Below are positions 48,603 through 58,191 of a stretch of 64,000 nt of DNA, piece by piece. The notes beneath the pieces were generated by a model that searched no databases, was not told the DNA's origin, and worked only from the letters and a program-made list of their open reading frames with translations. The position numbers and the translations under genes are program-made. The DNA is from Minisyncoccota bacterium (GTDB lineage Bacteria; Patescibacteriota; Minisyncoccia; Phycocordibacterales; UBA9973): the NCBI GenBank assembly GCA_025453495.1, contig JALOQM010000001.1:155161-219160 (forward strand). The letters run 5' to 3'. Position 1 is the stretch's first letter. The number at the start of each line of letters is the position of its first letter.

Positions 48603-48665
48603 TATACATGTTATTTATAAATTTATGATCTTTTAAACTAAATATTCACCATAAAACGACAGAAC

Positions 48666-49187
48666 ATGTTAAAACTCGCAATAATTGCCACAGGCGGTCA
48701 AATGGTTATTCCTGGTAGAGATATGGTTGCACCGCCTGATCTCATTACAGACCAAAGTTTCAAATCACGACTCAATGACTATATTTTGAGAGCCGATTAC
48801 ATGCCAGCTGCTCGTCCTGAAGCAGGCATACTCAAGCGCCCATCAATTATTGAAGTGTTTGAAAAAGGTGTTACTCTCGAAGACATCTTTGATTTAGCAC
48901 GAACTAAAACTGGTGTAGCGTTGTATGATGTACTTGGTCTTTGTCTTGTGCTCGAAGCTGAGATTGAGTTCCTGTTTGCCAATATACCTGAAAAAGGCAA
49001 TAAGCTGATTGCTCTCAAAGAACATAGGAAAAAATCTAAGAATTCTGAAATTCTCATATCGCCTTCTCTGTGCTGGTTTGAACTCAACAATGATGAAAAA
49101 AAGATTAATGCTATTGTTTTCAACTATAGCCACCTTACACAAGAATTATTCAAGCCCGGTAGTCGTCTTATCTTTTTTCACGATTGA
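48666..49187 (+). CDS. Hypothetical protein
   Basis: 173-aa ORF between a TTGACA..TATTTT-like promoter and a hairpin. Confidence 0.55.
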   Translation: MLKLAIIATGGQMVIPGRDMVAPPDLITDQSFKSRLNDYILRADYMPAARPEAGILKRPSIIEVFEKGVTLEDIFDLARTKTGVALYDVLGLCLVLEAEIEFLFANIPEKGNKLIALKEHRKKSKNSEILISPSLCWFELNNDEKKINAIVFNYSHLTQELFKPGSRLIFFHD

Positions 49188-49281
49188 ATAGATAGATGTT
49201 ATTTTTTTTAGAACGCGCCCTCTGATTCAGGCGCGTTCTTTTATTTCTTTTTCTATTCTTTCTATCTATAATACGAATGTC

Positions 49282-50160
49282 ATGATGACACTAAAGCAGA
49301 TACTAATTACTGAACCTTCTCCGGAGTATGAGCTGATTGACTCAGGCGACGGCAAAAAACTCGAGCGGTACGGACGTTTTGTTTTTTCGCGTCCTGATCC
49401 ACAAGTACTCTGGTCAAGATGTCTTCCAGTCTCTGTGTGGCGCAACGCCGATCTTGAATTTGTCCGGAAAGGAAAAGAAACGAAGTGGAATGTCGCAGCG
49501 CACGTCCCGAAAGAGTGGCCAATACATTTTTGTGGAGTCACTATGCTTATCCGCCCCACAAGCTTCAAGCACACCGGAGTATTCCCTGAGCAGGAGGGGA
49601 ACTGGCAGTGGATTCGTGAGTGTATCAGAGCAGTGAAGCAACCAGTGCGAGTCTTGAATCTCTTTGGTTACACTGGTGGAGCGACGCTTGTCGCAGCTTT
49701 GGCTGGTGCTGAAGTGACGCATGTAGACGGCTCTAAAGCTGCAATTGCTTGGGCACGCGAAAATGCCGCTCTGTCTGGTCTTTCTGAAGCCCCGATTCGT
49801 TGGATGCTTGATGATGTCAAAGTATTTCTCAAAAAAGAACTAAAGCGTGGTAAACGCTACGACGGCATCATTATGGATCCACCGACTTTTGGCTATGGAC
49901 CAAAAAAGGAACTCTGGAAGATTGAAGAAGATTTCATGGAGCTTCTCGCGCTTACTCGCCAGATACTTACCGATACTCCACTTTTTGTGCTTGCAAGTGG
50001 CTATGCTTCTGGCTATTCTCCAGTGACGTATGGTAATTGTTTTGAAATAACTTTTTCTGATCTTGGTGGCAGTATCACAGCTGGAGAGCTTGCACTGCGA
50101 GAATCGTCTTCCGGACGATTGCTCCCGGCGGGTATTTTTGCAAGGTGGTCTCGTGAGTAA
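49282..50160 (+). CDS. Class I SAM-dependent (rRNA-type) methyltransferase
   Basis: YELIDSGDGKKLER, FKHTGVFPEQ, VLNLFGYTGG, IMDPPTFG. Confidence 0.9.
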   Translation: MMTLKQILITEPSPEYELIDSGDGKKLERYGRFVFSRPDPQVLWSRCLPVSVWRNADLEFVRKGKETKWNVAAHVPKEWPIHFCGVTMLIRPTSFKHTGVFPEQEGNWQWIRECIRAVKQPVRVLNLFGYTGGATLVAALAGAEVTHVDGSKAAIAWARENAALSGLSEAPIRWMLDDVKVFLKKELKRGKRYDGIIMDPPTFGYGPKKELWKIEEDFMELLALTRQILTDTPLFVLASGYASGYSPVTYGNCFEITFSDLGGSITAGELALRESSSGRLLPAGIFARWSRE

Positions 50161-50179
50161 TATGCTATACTTTCCCCGT

Positions 50180-50662
50180 ATGAAGAAAGAAAAAAAGAAA
50201 AGCGCTCAAACAGCGCGGTCAATTATTTATATAATTCTTATCGTTGTCCTTATCGGTGGCCTTGCATATCTTGGCTTTCGGTCAAAGGAGAACGGTGCTA
50301 TGCAAGGTATGGTAACGCTTGAAAATGGTTTGCAGTATGAGATCACAAAAGAAGGTAGTGGTCCTGGGATTAAAAGTGGTGAAGTTGCGGTAGTGAACTA
50401 TACTGGTCGTCTTGAAGACGGTACAGTATTTGATTCAAATGTTGACCCAGCATTTGGACACACAGTTGTGTTTGAATTCGTCATCGACGAGGGTGCGGTT
50501 ATCAAGGGTTGGGATATCGGTGTCAAAGGTATGAAAGTTGGTGAGAAGCGCACACTTGTACTTCCTCCAGAGCTTGGCTACGGTTCTAGCTCGATTGGTC
50601 TAATTCCTCCGAATGCAACACTTATTTTTGATGTCGAACTTCTTGAGATCAAACAAGATTAA
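50180..50662 (+). CDS. FKBP-type peptidyl-prolyl isomerase
   Basis: VNYTGRLEDGTVFDS, VIKGWD, IPPNATLIFDVELL. Confidence 0.95.
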   Translation: MKKEKKKSAQTARSIIYIILIVVLIGGLAYLGFRSKENGAMQGMVTLENGLQYEITKEGSGPGIKSGEVAVVNYTGRLEDGTVFDSNVDPAFGHTVVFEFVIDEGAVIKGWDIGVKGMKVGEKRTLVLPPELGYGSSSIGLIPPNATLIFDVELLEIKQD

Positions 50663-50689
50663 TAATAACAGATAGACTCTACATACTAT

Positions 50690-51484
50690 ATGGAACAATT
50701 TTTTGGAGGAAAAAAATTTGCAAAGTCACTCATCATACTCGCAAGTGTGATCTCAGTGTTCTTTGTAGTAAAAATAGTCTCGACTATCAGAGAATACAAA
50801 TATATCGGCCAAGACGTACTTTCAAATCGTACTATTACAGTCGAGGGTAAAGGTGAAGAATTTGCAATTCCAGATATCGCGACGATTTCGTTTGGTGCGC
50901 AGCAAGACGGTGCTACTGTAGTTGAAGCACAGAAAGAAGTAACTAGAAAAATTGATGCAGCGCTCGCTGTTATCACTGCTGCAAATATTGCAGAAAAAGA
51001 TATCAAGACTGTTGAGTATAGTGCAGTGCCGAGATATGAAATACAGCCGCCATGTCTTAACTATTTCTGCCCAAGTCGTGACCAGAAGATTATCGGCTAT
51101 ACAGTTAATCAGACTATTTCCGTAAAGGTTCGTGATACAGAGAAAGTCAGTGCTCTTCTTGATGGTCTTGCTAAGGCAGAAGTGACAAATATCTCTGGTC
51201 CGGATTTTAGTGTTGATGATGAAGATGCTATGCGCGCAAAAGCCCGTGCGAAGGCTATCGATGACGCAAAAGCGAAAGCAACGGTGCTTTCTAAGCAGCT
51301 TGGCGTTAAACTAGTTCGCATTGCGAATTTCAGTGAGTCTGGCAACTATCCAATATACTATGCAAAATCAGCGGTTGGTATGGGTGCGAGTATGGAAGTT
51401 GCGACAGCAATGCCAACACCAGCACTTCCAGTGGGAGAGAACAAGATTACTTCAAACGTGACTATTACCTACGAGATCAGATAA
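50690..51484 (+). CDS. SIMPL (DUF541) domain protein
   Basis: ITVEGKGE..PDIA, ARAKAIDDAKAKA..LGVKL. Confidence 0.9.
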   Translation: MEQFFGGKKFAKSLIILASVISVFFVVKIVSTIREYKYIGQDVLSNRTITVEGKGEEFAIPDIATISFGAQQDGATVVEAQKEVTRKIDAALAVITAANIAEKDIKTVEYSAVPRYEIQPPCLNYFCPSRDQKIIGYTVNQTISVKVRDTEKVSALLDGLAKAEVTNISGPDFSVDDEDAMRAKARAKAIDDAKAKATVLSKQLGVKLVRIANFSESGNYPIYYAKSAVGMGASMEVATAMPTPALPVGENKITSNVTITYEIR

Positions 51485-51490
51485 CGGAGT

Positions 51491-51530
51491 ATATATAAAA
51501 AAGCCCCACTTATGGGGCTTTTTTATATAT
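51491..51530. terminator. Intrinsic terminator-like hairpin
   Basis: ATATATAAAAAAGCCCCA-ctta-TGGGGCTTTTTTATATAT. Confidence 0.75.
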
Positions 51531-51622
51531 ACATTGACTTCACTACATTGAAATGATACTCTGCAAGCAAGCCCCGCGGGGTGTTTTTTAATAAGAGTAG
51601 TATTTCCGCGGCGATTAACATC

Positions 51623-51805
51623 ATGAAAATCACTGAATACATAAAAGATACAAAAGGAGAACTTAAGCATGTCAATTGGCCGACACGGTCGCAAACAGTG
51701 ATCTTCACTGTTGTCGTCATTATTCTTTCGCTTGTATTAGCCTATGCGCTTGGGCTTTTTGACTTTGCATTTGCGCAAATTTGGCAGAAGATAATTGGCT
51801 ACTAA
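51623..51805 (+). CDS. secE: Preprotein translocase SecE
   Basis: ELKHVNWPTR motif plus one TM helix, upstream of nusG. Confidence 0.93.
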   Translation: MKITEYIKDTKGELKHVNWPTRSQTVIFTVVVIILSLVLAYALGLFDFAFAQIWQKIIGY

Positions 51806-51813
51806 TCACATAT

Positions 51814-52359
51814 ATGTCAAAACAAGAAACTACAGGAGCACGTAATTGGTACGCGATTCATACCTATGCAGGATATGAAAATGCTGTTCTTCGTAATCTC
51901 AAGCAGCGTATCGATTCTCTTGGTATGAATGACAAGATTTTTAATGTCGTTGTACCAACAGAAAAGAAGATCAAGATCAAAGGCGGCAAGCGCACTGAAT
52001 CAGAAGAAAAAATCTATCCTGGCTACGTGCTTGTCGATATGGTTGTCACCGATGATTCTTGGTACGTCGTTCGTAATACACCGCGCGTCACGGGATTCGT
52101 CGGCGCAGGAGTCAATCCTGTCCCGCTTGCTAAAGAAGAAGTAGATTTCCTTTTCAAGCGCATGGAGCATGATACTGCCAAGCACAATATCGAGCTTGAA
52201 GTTGGAGAGACAATCATCATTAACGATGGTCCATTCAAAGATCTTGAAGGGAAGGTAGACGAAGTTGATTCTGATCGTGGTAAGGTTAAAGTGCTTGTGT
52301 CGATGTTTGGACGCGAGACACCAGTGGAGCTCGACTTCCTCCAAGTCAGAAAACTCTAA
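51814..52359 (+). CDS. nusG: Transcription factor NusG
   Basis: WYAIHTYAGYE, YPGYVLV, VRNTPRVTGFVG, MFGRETPVELDF. Confidence 0.97.
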   Translation: MSKQETTGARNWYAIHTYAGYENAVLRNLKQRIDSLGMNDKIFNVVVPTEKKIKIKGGKRTESEEKIYPGYVLVDMVVTDDSWYVVRNTPRVTGFVGAGVNPVPLAKEEVDFLFKRMEHDTAKHNIELEVGETIIINDGPFKDLEGKVDEVDSDRGKVKVLVSMFGRETPVELDFLQVRKL

Positions 52360-52465
52360 AAGACATAATTGCGTACTTTGGGTTTATTTGGTAATCTGTC
52401 GACACTGTTACTAGTTTCTGGCTTCTACTTAAACCCTAACAGCAAAAAGCTAAAAGCAAATTTAT

Positions 52466-52891
52466 ATGGCAGCTAAAAAAATAACAAAAAAGATCAAATT
52501 ACAGATCGCAGCCGGTAAGGCGACACCTGCTCCACCACTTGGTCCTGCACTCGGTCAGGCTGGTATCAATATCGGCGAGTTCGTTACCAAATTCAACGCC
52601 GCGACATCGAGCATGATGGGAGATACCGTTTCTGTAGTCATCTCTGTGTTTGAAGACAGAACATATGATTTCCAGATCAAGACACCACCGACAACTGGTC
52701 TCATCCTCAAAGCAGCAGGTGTTGAGAAAGGTTCTGGTAAGGTGCCAGCAAAGGCTGGCTCGATCACTAAAGGTAAGCTCAAGGAAATCGCTGAAAAGAA
52801 AATGCCTGATTTGAATGCTAACGATATCGAAGCAGCCATGAAGATTGTCGCAGGATCTGCTAAATCAATGGGAATCGAAATCAAAGACTAA
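52466..52891 (+). CDS. rplK: 50S ribosomal protein L11
   Basis: [27 protein letters not shown]. Confidence 0.97.
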   Translation: MAAKKITKKIKLQIAAGKATPAPPLGPALGQAGINIGEFVTKFNAATSSMMGDTVSVVISVFEDRTYDFQIKTPPTTGLILKAAGVEKGSGKVPAKAGSITKGKLKEIAEKKMPDLNANDIEAAMKIVAGSAKSMGIEIKD

Positions 52892-52896
52892 TCACT

Positions 52897-52930
52897 AATA
52901 CAAAAACCGCCATACGGCGGTTTTTGTATT
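52897..52930 (+). terminator. Intrinsic terminator after rplK
   Basis: AATACAAAAACCGCC-atac-GGCGGTTTTTGTATT. Confidence 0.8.
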
Positions 52931-52988
52931 GCTCGACGGATGCGTCCTCCCGTGGTAATCTCTGAGCAGAAACCAATCAAAACTGAAA

Positions 52989-53807
52989 ATGAAAGCAGCC
53001 AGTACCACCAACAGCCAGATCAAGTCGCTTGTCAGCACTGGTCGTGCAATGTTCGATATGCCGGTCACCGACATGGTTGAGCAAGCAATCCCATACTTCC
53101 TGCAATTAACACAGGAAGATGAAGCAAGGAGGATGCAATGGCTTGTTGACCTTTCAGGCGACAGGCATGATCCTGATGACGGTCTCGTCGAAAAGAACGG
53201 CGAGGGGACTGATGACCGAAAATTCTTTTTCCATTACCGACCCCACATCGAGCACATAATCCACGCAAACGGCGGGAATACTGTAAAGTACGGAAAGTAC
53301 ATCAGTCTTCTTTCGGAAATTTACCGGCAGTGTGAACACACGTTCCAGGGAATTATTGGCGGTATCGATGAAGCATTACCCGGCTATCGATTGCTGGAAA
53401 AGTACATGAAGCTGAAGCCAGGAGAGCGCGGAGTGCTCCGTTTGCTTTTTTACAAACCGGGCAACCGCATCCTTGCCAAGGCGCATACCGACCGCAATTT
53501 CGGCACACTGCATATCCATGAATCATATCCGGGATTGTATCTTGATGATGACAAGGAGTGCTTTAAGGTAGAGCGGGACAAGTCACTCGTCTTTTTCGGG
53601 GAAAAAGCGAGCATTGAAACAGATGGGGCACTCAAGCCTTCCATTCATTATGTGGAAGCCACAACATCGGAGTGGCGCTGGTCGGTGGTGTATTTTGCGC
53701 ATATCGAGTGCCGGCTTAGCCAGCACGAGATCGAAGCTATCGTGAAAAAGAAAAAAACCGAGTTTTCATACCCAAATCACGGTAACGAGACGCATTGCCC
53801 AAGGTAA
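52989..53807 (+). CDS. 2OG-Fe(II) oxygenase (IPNS-like)
   Basis: LRLLFY, AHTD..TL, distal H (SIHYV), RWSVVYF RxS motif. Confidence 0.8.
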   Translation: MKAASTTNSQIKSLVSTGRAMFDMPVTDMVEQAIPYFLQLTQEDEARRMQWLVDLSGDRHDPDDGLVEKNGEGTDDRKFFFHYRPHIEHIIHANGGNTVKYGKYISLLSEIYRQCEHTFQGIIGGIDEALPGYRLLEKYMKLKPGERGVLRLLFYKPGNRILAKAHTDRNFGTLHIHESYPGLYLDDDKECFKVERDKSLVFFGEKASIETDGALKPSIHYVEATTSEWRWSVVYFAHIECRLSQHEIEAIVKKKKTEFSYPNHGNETHCPR

Positions 53808-53882
53808 CTGCCATCGGCATTAGCCGAAGTTGCTCTATGGGTTGGGCGGTAAAAAGGATTTTTTGAAAAAGAAATCCTTTTT

Positions 53883-54365
53883 TTATTTCTCCAAAACAAC
53901 ATACGAATACGGTACGCCTGTTTTTTCGTCTATTAGTTTTTCTTCAGAAATCACTTTTTTGAAATCACTGTAGTCAGGGAAAAATACATCAGCCTCTTTG
54001 TGATCATCTATGATCGTAAGATAGAGACGATCAGCTATATTGATCGACTGGCGGTATATTTCCGCGCCACCGATGATGAAAATAGCAGTGCCGGATTCTC
54101 TTGCTTTTGCGAGCGCTTCATCGAGTGAATGCGCCACGATGACACCTTCTGGCGGAGTAAAATCGCTATTTCTTGTGATCACGATATTGTGGCGGTCGGG
54201 GAGTGTCCGTCCGATTGATTCAAATGTTTTTCGCCCCACGATGATCACATTGCCGGTCGTGAGCGCGCGAAAGCGCTTCAAATCAGCACTGATGCGATAG
54301 AGAAGCTCATTCTTAGAGCCAAGCCCGCGATCACTCTTTTGTATGGCGGCGATTAGCGCGATCAT
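53883..54365 (-). CDS. folA: Dihydrofolate reductase
   Basis: IAAI..GLG, DLKRF, GRKTFESIGRTLPDR, IIGGAEIY, DVFFP. Confidence 0.96.
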   Translation of the reverse strand: MIALIAAIQKSDRGLGSKNELLYRISADLKRFRALTTGNVIIVGRKTFESIGRTLPDRHNIVITRNSDFTPPEGVIVAHSLDEALAKARESGTAIFIIGGAEIYRQSINIADRLYLTIIDDHKEADVFFPDYSDFKKVISEEKLIDEKTGVPYSYVVLEK

Positions 54366-55306
54366 CAGACGGCGATCGGTGCTTTGATGGCATCGTGCGG
54401 ATTGTAGTCGACCAGTTCGAAATCATCGATCGTGAAATCTTCGATGTTCTTGATAGCAGGATTGATCTTCATTGTTGGCATCGGACGGATGTCATTTTCG
54501 CGGGCAAGCTGCGTTGCTACCTGATCGAGATGATTGAGGTACAGGTGCACGTCGCCGCCGGTCCAGACGAACTCTCCCGGCACAAGTCCGGTCACTTGCG
54601 CGATCATCATGGTCAAGAGGGCATACGAAGCGATATTAAATGGAACACCGAGAAATGTATCGCATGAGCGTTGATAGAGTTGGCAAGATAATTTCCCATC
54701 TGCGACATAAAATTGGAAGAGACAGTGGCATGGCGGAAGTCCTGCTTTTGCCATCTCATCTATATCAGCAACATTCCATGCAGAGACGATTATGCGACGA
54801 GAGTCAGGAGACTTCTTGATCTGTTCGATGACCTGCGCGAGCTGATCGATATGCGCGCCGTTTGGCGCGGGCCAGTTGCGCCACTGGTAGCCATAGATGG
54901 GACCAAGGTTCCCATACTCTTTTGCGAAGACAGCATCTGATACTATTTTTTCTACGAATTCTTTGATACCAGACTGCCATTCTGGAGAATCAGATTTTGG
55001 CACAGGTATATTGTTTTTGACCAGATACGCTTTGTATGGCCACTCGTCCCAGATATGCACATTATTGTCGGCAAGATACTTGAGATTGCTATCACCACGG
55101 ACAAACCAGATAAGCTCATGGATGATTGCTTTGATCGGTACTTTTTTTGTAGTGAGAAGTGGGAAGCCGTCGGCGAGATTAAACCGCATCTGGTAACCAA
55201 AGACGCTTTTTGTTCCGGTACCTGTACGATCAGTTTTGGTTGCGCCTTCACTCATGATGTGTTTGAGGAGTGCGAGATAGGTTGTATCAACGTGTGTTTT
55301 TTGCAT
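54365..55306 (-). CDS. thyA: Thymidylate synthase
   Basis: [45 protein letters not shown]. Confidence 0.97.
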   Translation of the reverse strand: MQKTHVDTTYLALLKHIMSEGATKTDRTGTGTKSVFGYQMRFNLADGFPLLTTKKVPIKAIIHELIWFVRGDSNLKYLADNNVHIWDEWPYKAYLVKNNIPVPKSDSPEWQSGIKEFVEKIVSDAVFAKEYGNLGPIYGYQWRNWPAPNGAHIDQLAQVIEQIKKSPDSRRIIVSAWNVADIDEMAKAGLPPCHCLFQFYVADGKLSCQLYQRSCDTFLGVPFNIASYALLTMMIAQVTGLVPGEFVWTGGDVHLYLNHLDQVATQLARENDIRPMPTMKINPAIKNIEDFTIDDFELVDYNPHDAIKAPIAV

Positions 55307-55500
55307 ACTTTTATTATATGTCCTTTTCATTCAATACCCAACATATAGCATCTGTATGCGATCGTGCATAAATAGTTATATTTTGGATGTTGCTGTAATG
55401 TGCTACAATAGCACTATAGCAATCCATACTACTCTCATGATTTAACTTTCTTCCGCCACATTTTTATTACTCATCTAACCCGGCAATGCCGTCTACTTAC

Positions 55501-56679
55501 ATGAAAGATACACAGATACAAAAACTCATCAAGGCGGAAGCAAAAAGACAAAAAAACGTTATCAATCTCATCGCATCTGAGAACTACGTTTCCAAAGATG
55601 TACTGACCGCACTTGGCTCAGAACTTACAAATAAATACGCCGAAGGCTATCCTGGTCGCAGATACTATGGCGGTAATGAAATCGTCGACAAGGTAGAACT
55701 CCTCTGTATTTCGCGCGCGCTCAAACTATTTAAATTAAAACCAACCGAGTGGCACGTGAACGCACAACTTCTCTCTGGTTCGCCAGCGAACTTCGCACTT
55801 TACTCTGCGCTCGTGCCAATCGGTGGGAAAATTATGGGCATGAAGCTCTCCTCCGGCGGCCACCTTACACATGGCCACCCATTGTCGATGACTGGAAAAC
55901 TGTGGAAACCAATACAGTTTGAACTTGATTCGCAGAGAGAAATTATTGATTACGATGCACTTTTAAAAATTGCGATAAAAGAAAAGCCAGATATGATTGT
56001 CGCAGGATTTACTGCGTATCCGCGTATCGTTGATTTCAAAAAGTTTCGTAAGATAGCAGATGCATGTGGTGCATTGCTCCATGTCGATATGGCACACTTT
56101 TCTGGGCTTGTTGCGGGTGGACAGTATCCATCGCCATTTCCATATGCTGATACTGTCATGACAACGACACACAAGAGCCTCCGCGGTCCACGTCAAGCAC
56201 TTGTCTTTGTCCGCAAAGATGCGCGAGAATTTGATAAGAAACTCGACAAGATGGTTATCCCAGGCCTCTTTGGTGGACCACATGAGAATAATATTGCTGC
56301 TGTCGCTGTTGCACTCAAAGAAGCTGATTCACCAGTATTCAAGAAATATGCAAAACAAGTCATCCAGAACGCTAAGACACTCGCCAAAGAATTACAGAAA
56401 CGTGGCTGGCGCATTATCTCTGGTGGTACAGATTCTCATCTCATTCTTGTGGATACTTGGATGCAAGGTGCTGGTGTTTCTGGTAAAGAGGCGAGTATAA
56501 GACTCGAAAAAGCCGGTATTATCGTGAATATGAATACAATTCCTGGTGATACACGTTCAGTTATGGATCCGTCGGGTATTCGTCTTGGTACCTGTGCAGA
56601 GACGACTCGTGGCAAGAAAGAGAAGGATATGCTAAAGATTGCCGAGAAAATAGATACGGCACTCCGCGCGAAAAAATAA
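55501..56679 (+). CDS. glyA: Serine hydroxymethyltransferase
   Basis: LIASEN, NKYAEGYPGRRYYGG, GGHLTHG, TTTHKSLRGPR, SGIRLGT. Confidence 0.97.
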   Translation: MKDTQIQKLIKAEAKRQKNVINLIASENYVSKDVLTALGSELTNKYAEGYPGRRYYGGNEIVDKVELLCISRALKLFKLKPTEWHVNAQLLSGSPANFALYSALVPIGGKIMGMKLSSGGHLTHGHPLSMTGKLWKPIQFELDSQREIIDYDALLKIAIKEKPDMIVAGFTAYPRIVDFKKFRKIADACGALLHVDMAHFSGLVAGGQYPSPFPYADTVMTTTHKSLRGPRQALVFVRKDAREFDKKLDKMVIPGLFGGPHENNIAAVAVALKEADSPVFKKYAKQVIQNAKTLAKELQKRGWRIISGGTDSHLILVDTWMQGAGVSGKEASIRLEKAGIIVNMNTIPGDTRSVMDPSGIRLGTCAETTRGKKEKDMLKIAEKIDTALRAKK

Positions 56680-57089
56680 TGAAAATTTTTATCTGTTCTA
56701 GTAAACATTTCTACCCACATGTCGCTCCTATTAAGGAGGCGCTTGAGAAAGCAGATCACGTTATCACACTTCCCAACAGTTACGATAATCCTACGAAAGA
56801 ATTTGAAATGAAAGATAGTGGACAAGAAGTGCATAGTGTCTGGAAGGGTGAAATGCTCAAGCTTCAGAGCATGAAAGTTGCAGCCAATGACGCGATTCTT
56901 GTTTTAAATATGGAAAAAAATGGTCAGCAGAATTACATTGGTGGAGCCACCTTTCTTGAAATTTTCAAAGCGTTTGAGCTTGGTAAAAAAATCTTTTTGT
57001 ATAATCCGATTCCCGAAAATATACTAAAAGATGAATTATGCGGCATGAACCCTACTGTTATTAATGGTAATTTAGAGCTGATACTATGA
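56679..57089 (+). CDS. Hypothetical protein, nucleoside deoxyribosyltransferase-like fold
   Basis: MKIFICSS..DAILVLN..NYIGGATFLEI..KKIF. Confidence 0.65.
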   Translation: MKIFICSSKHFYPHVAPIKEALEKADHVITLPNSYDNPTKEFEMKDSGQEVHSVWKGEMLKLQSMKVAANDAILVLNMEKNGQQNYIGGATFLEIFKAFELGKKIFLYNPIPENILKDELCGMNPTVINGNLELIL

Positions 57090-57496
57090 AAATCTATTTT
57101 GCAGGGTCGATACGAGGAGGTAGAGATGATGCAGCACTGTATGCAGAGATTATCAAGCTACTTGCTAATTATGGTGAGGTGTTGACGGAACACATTGGTC
57201 TTAAGGATCTTTCATCTTTGGGTGAAGAGCGAACTCCTCAAGACATTTACGAACGCGATATGGATTGGTTGCTTGGTGCCGATGTCCTCGTCGCTGAAGT
57301 GACGACGACGAGTCTCGGTGTAGGGTATGAAATCGGAGAAGCAGTTGCAGTCGGTAAGCGTATTATGTGTTTGTATCGCGAGCAGGAAGGTAAAAAATTG
57401 TCAGCGATGATCGATGGTAATCCAGAGCTCAAAGTCGTGCGCTACGAAGAAGTAAAAGAGCTCAAGAATGTCTTTGATTCATTTTTTAATAAATAA
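57086..57496 (+). CDS. Nucleoside 2-deoxyribosyltransferase / dNMP N-hydrolase (Rcl/DNPH1-like)
   Basis: KIYFAGSIRGGR, VLTEH, IYERD, SLGVGYEIG, LSAMIDG. Confidence 0.9.
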   Translation: MKIYFAGSIRGGRDDAALYAEIIKLLANYGEVLTEHIGLKDLSSLGEERTPQDIYERDMDWLLGADVLVAEVTTTSLGVGYEIGEAVAVGKRIMCLYREQEGKKLSAMIDGNPELKVVRYEEVKELKNVFDSFFNK

Positions 57497-57501
57497 TTTT
57501 T

Positions 57502-58191
57502 ATGAAAAAAGGGAAACTCATAGTCATCGACGGGACAGACGGATGCGGTAAGGCGACACAAGCTGCGCTTTTAGTCAGTCTTCTTAAAAAAGAAGGATAT
57601 AAAGTAAAAACAATAGATTTTCCTCGTTACTATGATAATTTTTTTGGAAAATTAATTGGTGAATGTCTGGCGGGTAAGCATGGTAATTTTCTTGCCGTCG
57701 ATTCGCATATTGCATCTGTATTATATGCAGCCGACCGATTTGAATCAGGTGCAATCATAAAGAAGTGGGTCGAACAAGGATATATAGTTGTTACTGATCG
57801 ATACGTCAGCTCAAGTCAAATTCATCAAGCAGCAAAAATTAAGAATAAAAAAGAAAGAAAAAAGTTTCTTGATTGGCTAGACCAAATGGAATATGAAGTA
57901 TTTAAGATTCCTAAGCCAGATATGGTTATGTACCTTGATGTCTCAGTAGAGCTGAGTCAAAAGTTAATGAGAAACAAGGATCAGGCCTACAAGAAGAGAT
58001 ATCTCGAGGGGTCTTTTGATCAGGCAGAAAATGATATAAAGCACCTAACTGATTCAAAGAAAAATTCACGCGATTTGATTCGTGAGTATGGCTGGGTGCA
58101 GATTGATTGCACAAGTAGAGGCAAGATGTTATCAAGAGAAGATATTGCGGAGAAAATCTACGCAAAAATAAAGCCGCTAGTGAAGAAATAA
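57502..58191 (+). CDS. tmk: Thymidylate kinase
   Basis: IDGTDGCGKATQ, FPRY, LYAADR, DRYVSS, PKPD. Confidence 0.9.
   Translation: MKKGKLIVIDGTDGCGKATQAALLVSLLKKEGYKVKTIDFPRYYDNFFGKLIGECLAGKHGNFLAVDSHIASVLYAADRFESGAIIKKWVEQGYIVVTDRYVSSSQIHQAAKIKNKKERKKFLDWLDQMEYEVFKIPKPDMVMYLDVSVELSQKLMRNKDQAYKKRYLEGSFDQAENDIKHLTDSKKNSRDLIREYGWVQIDCTSRGKMLSREDIAEKIYAKIKPLVKK

Noticed and set aside
51531-51622. tRNA-Trp often found before secE
   Set aside because: Only a promoter-like sequence and short CCGCGG palindromes; no cloverleaf.
55331-55500. Folate/ZTP riboswitch between thyA and glyA
   Set aside because: No recognisable conserved riboswitch motif; AT-rich divergent promoter region only.
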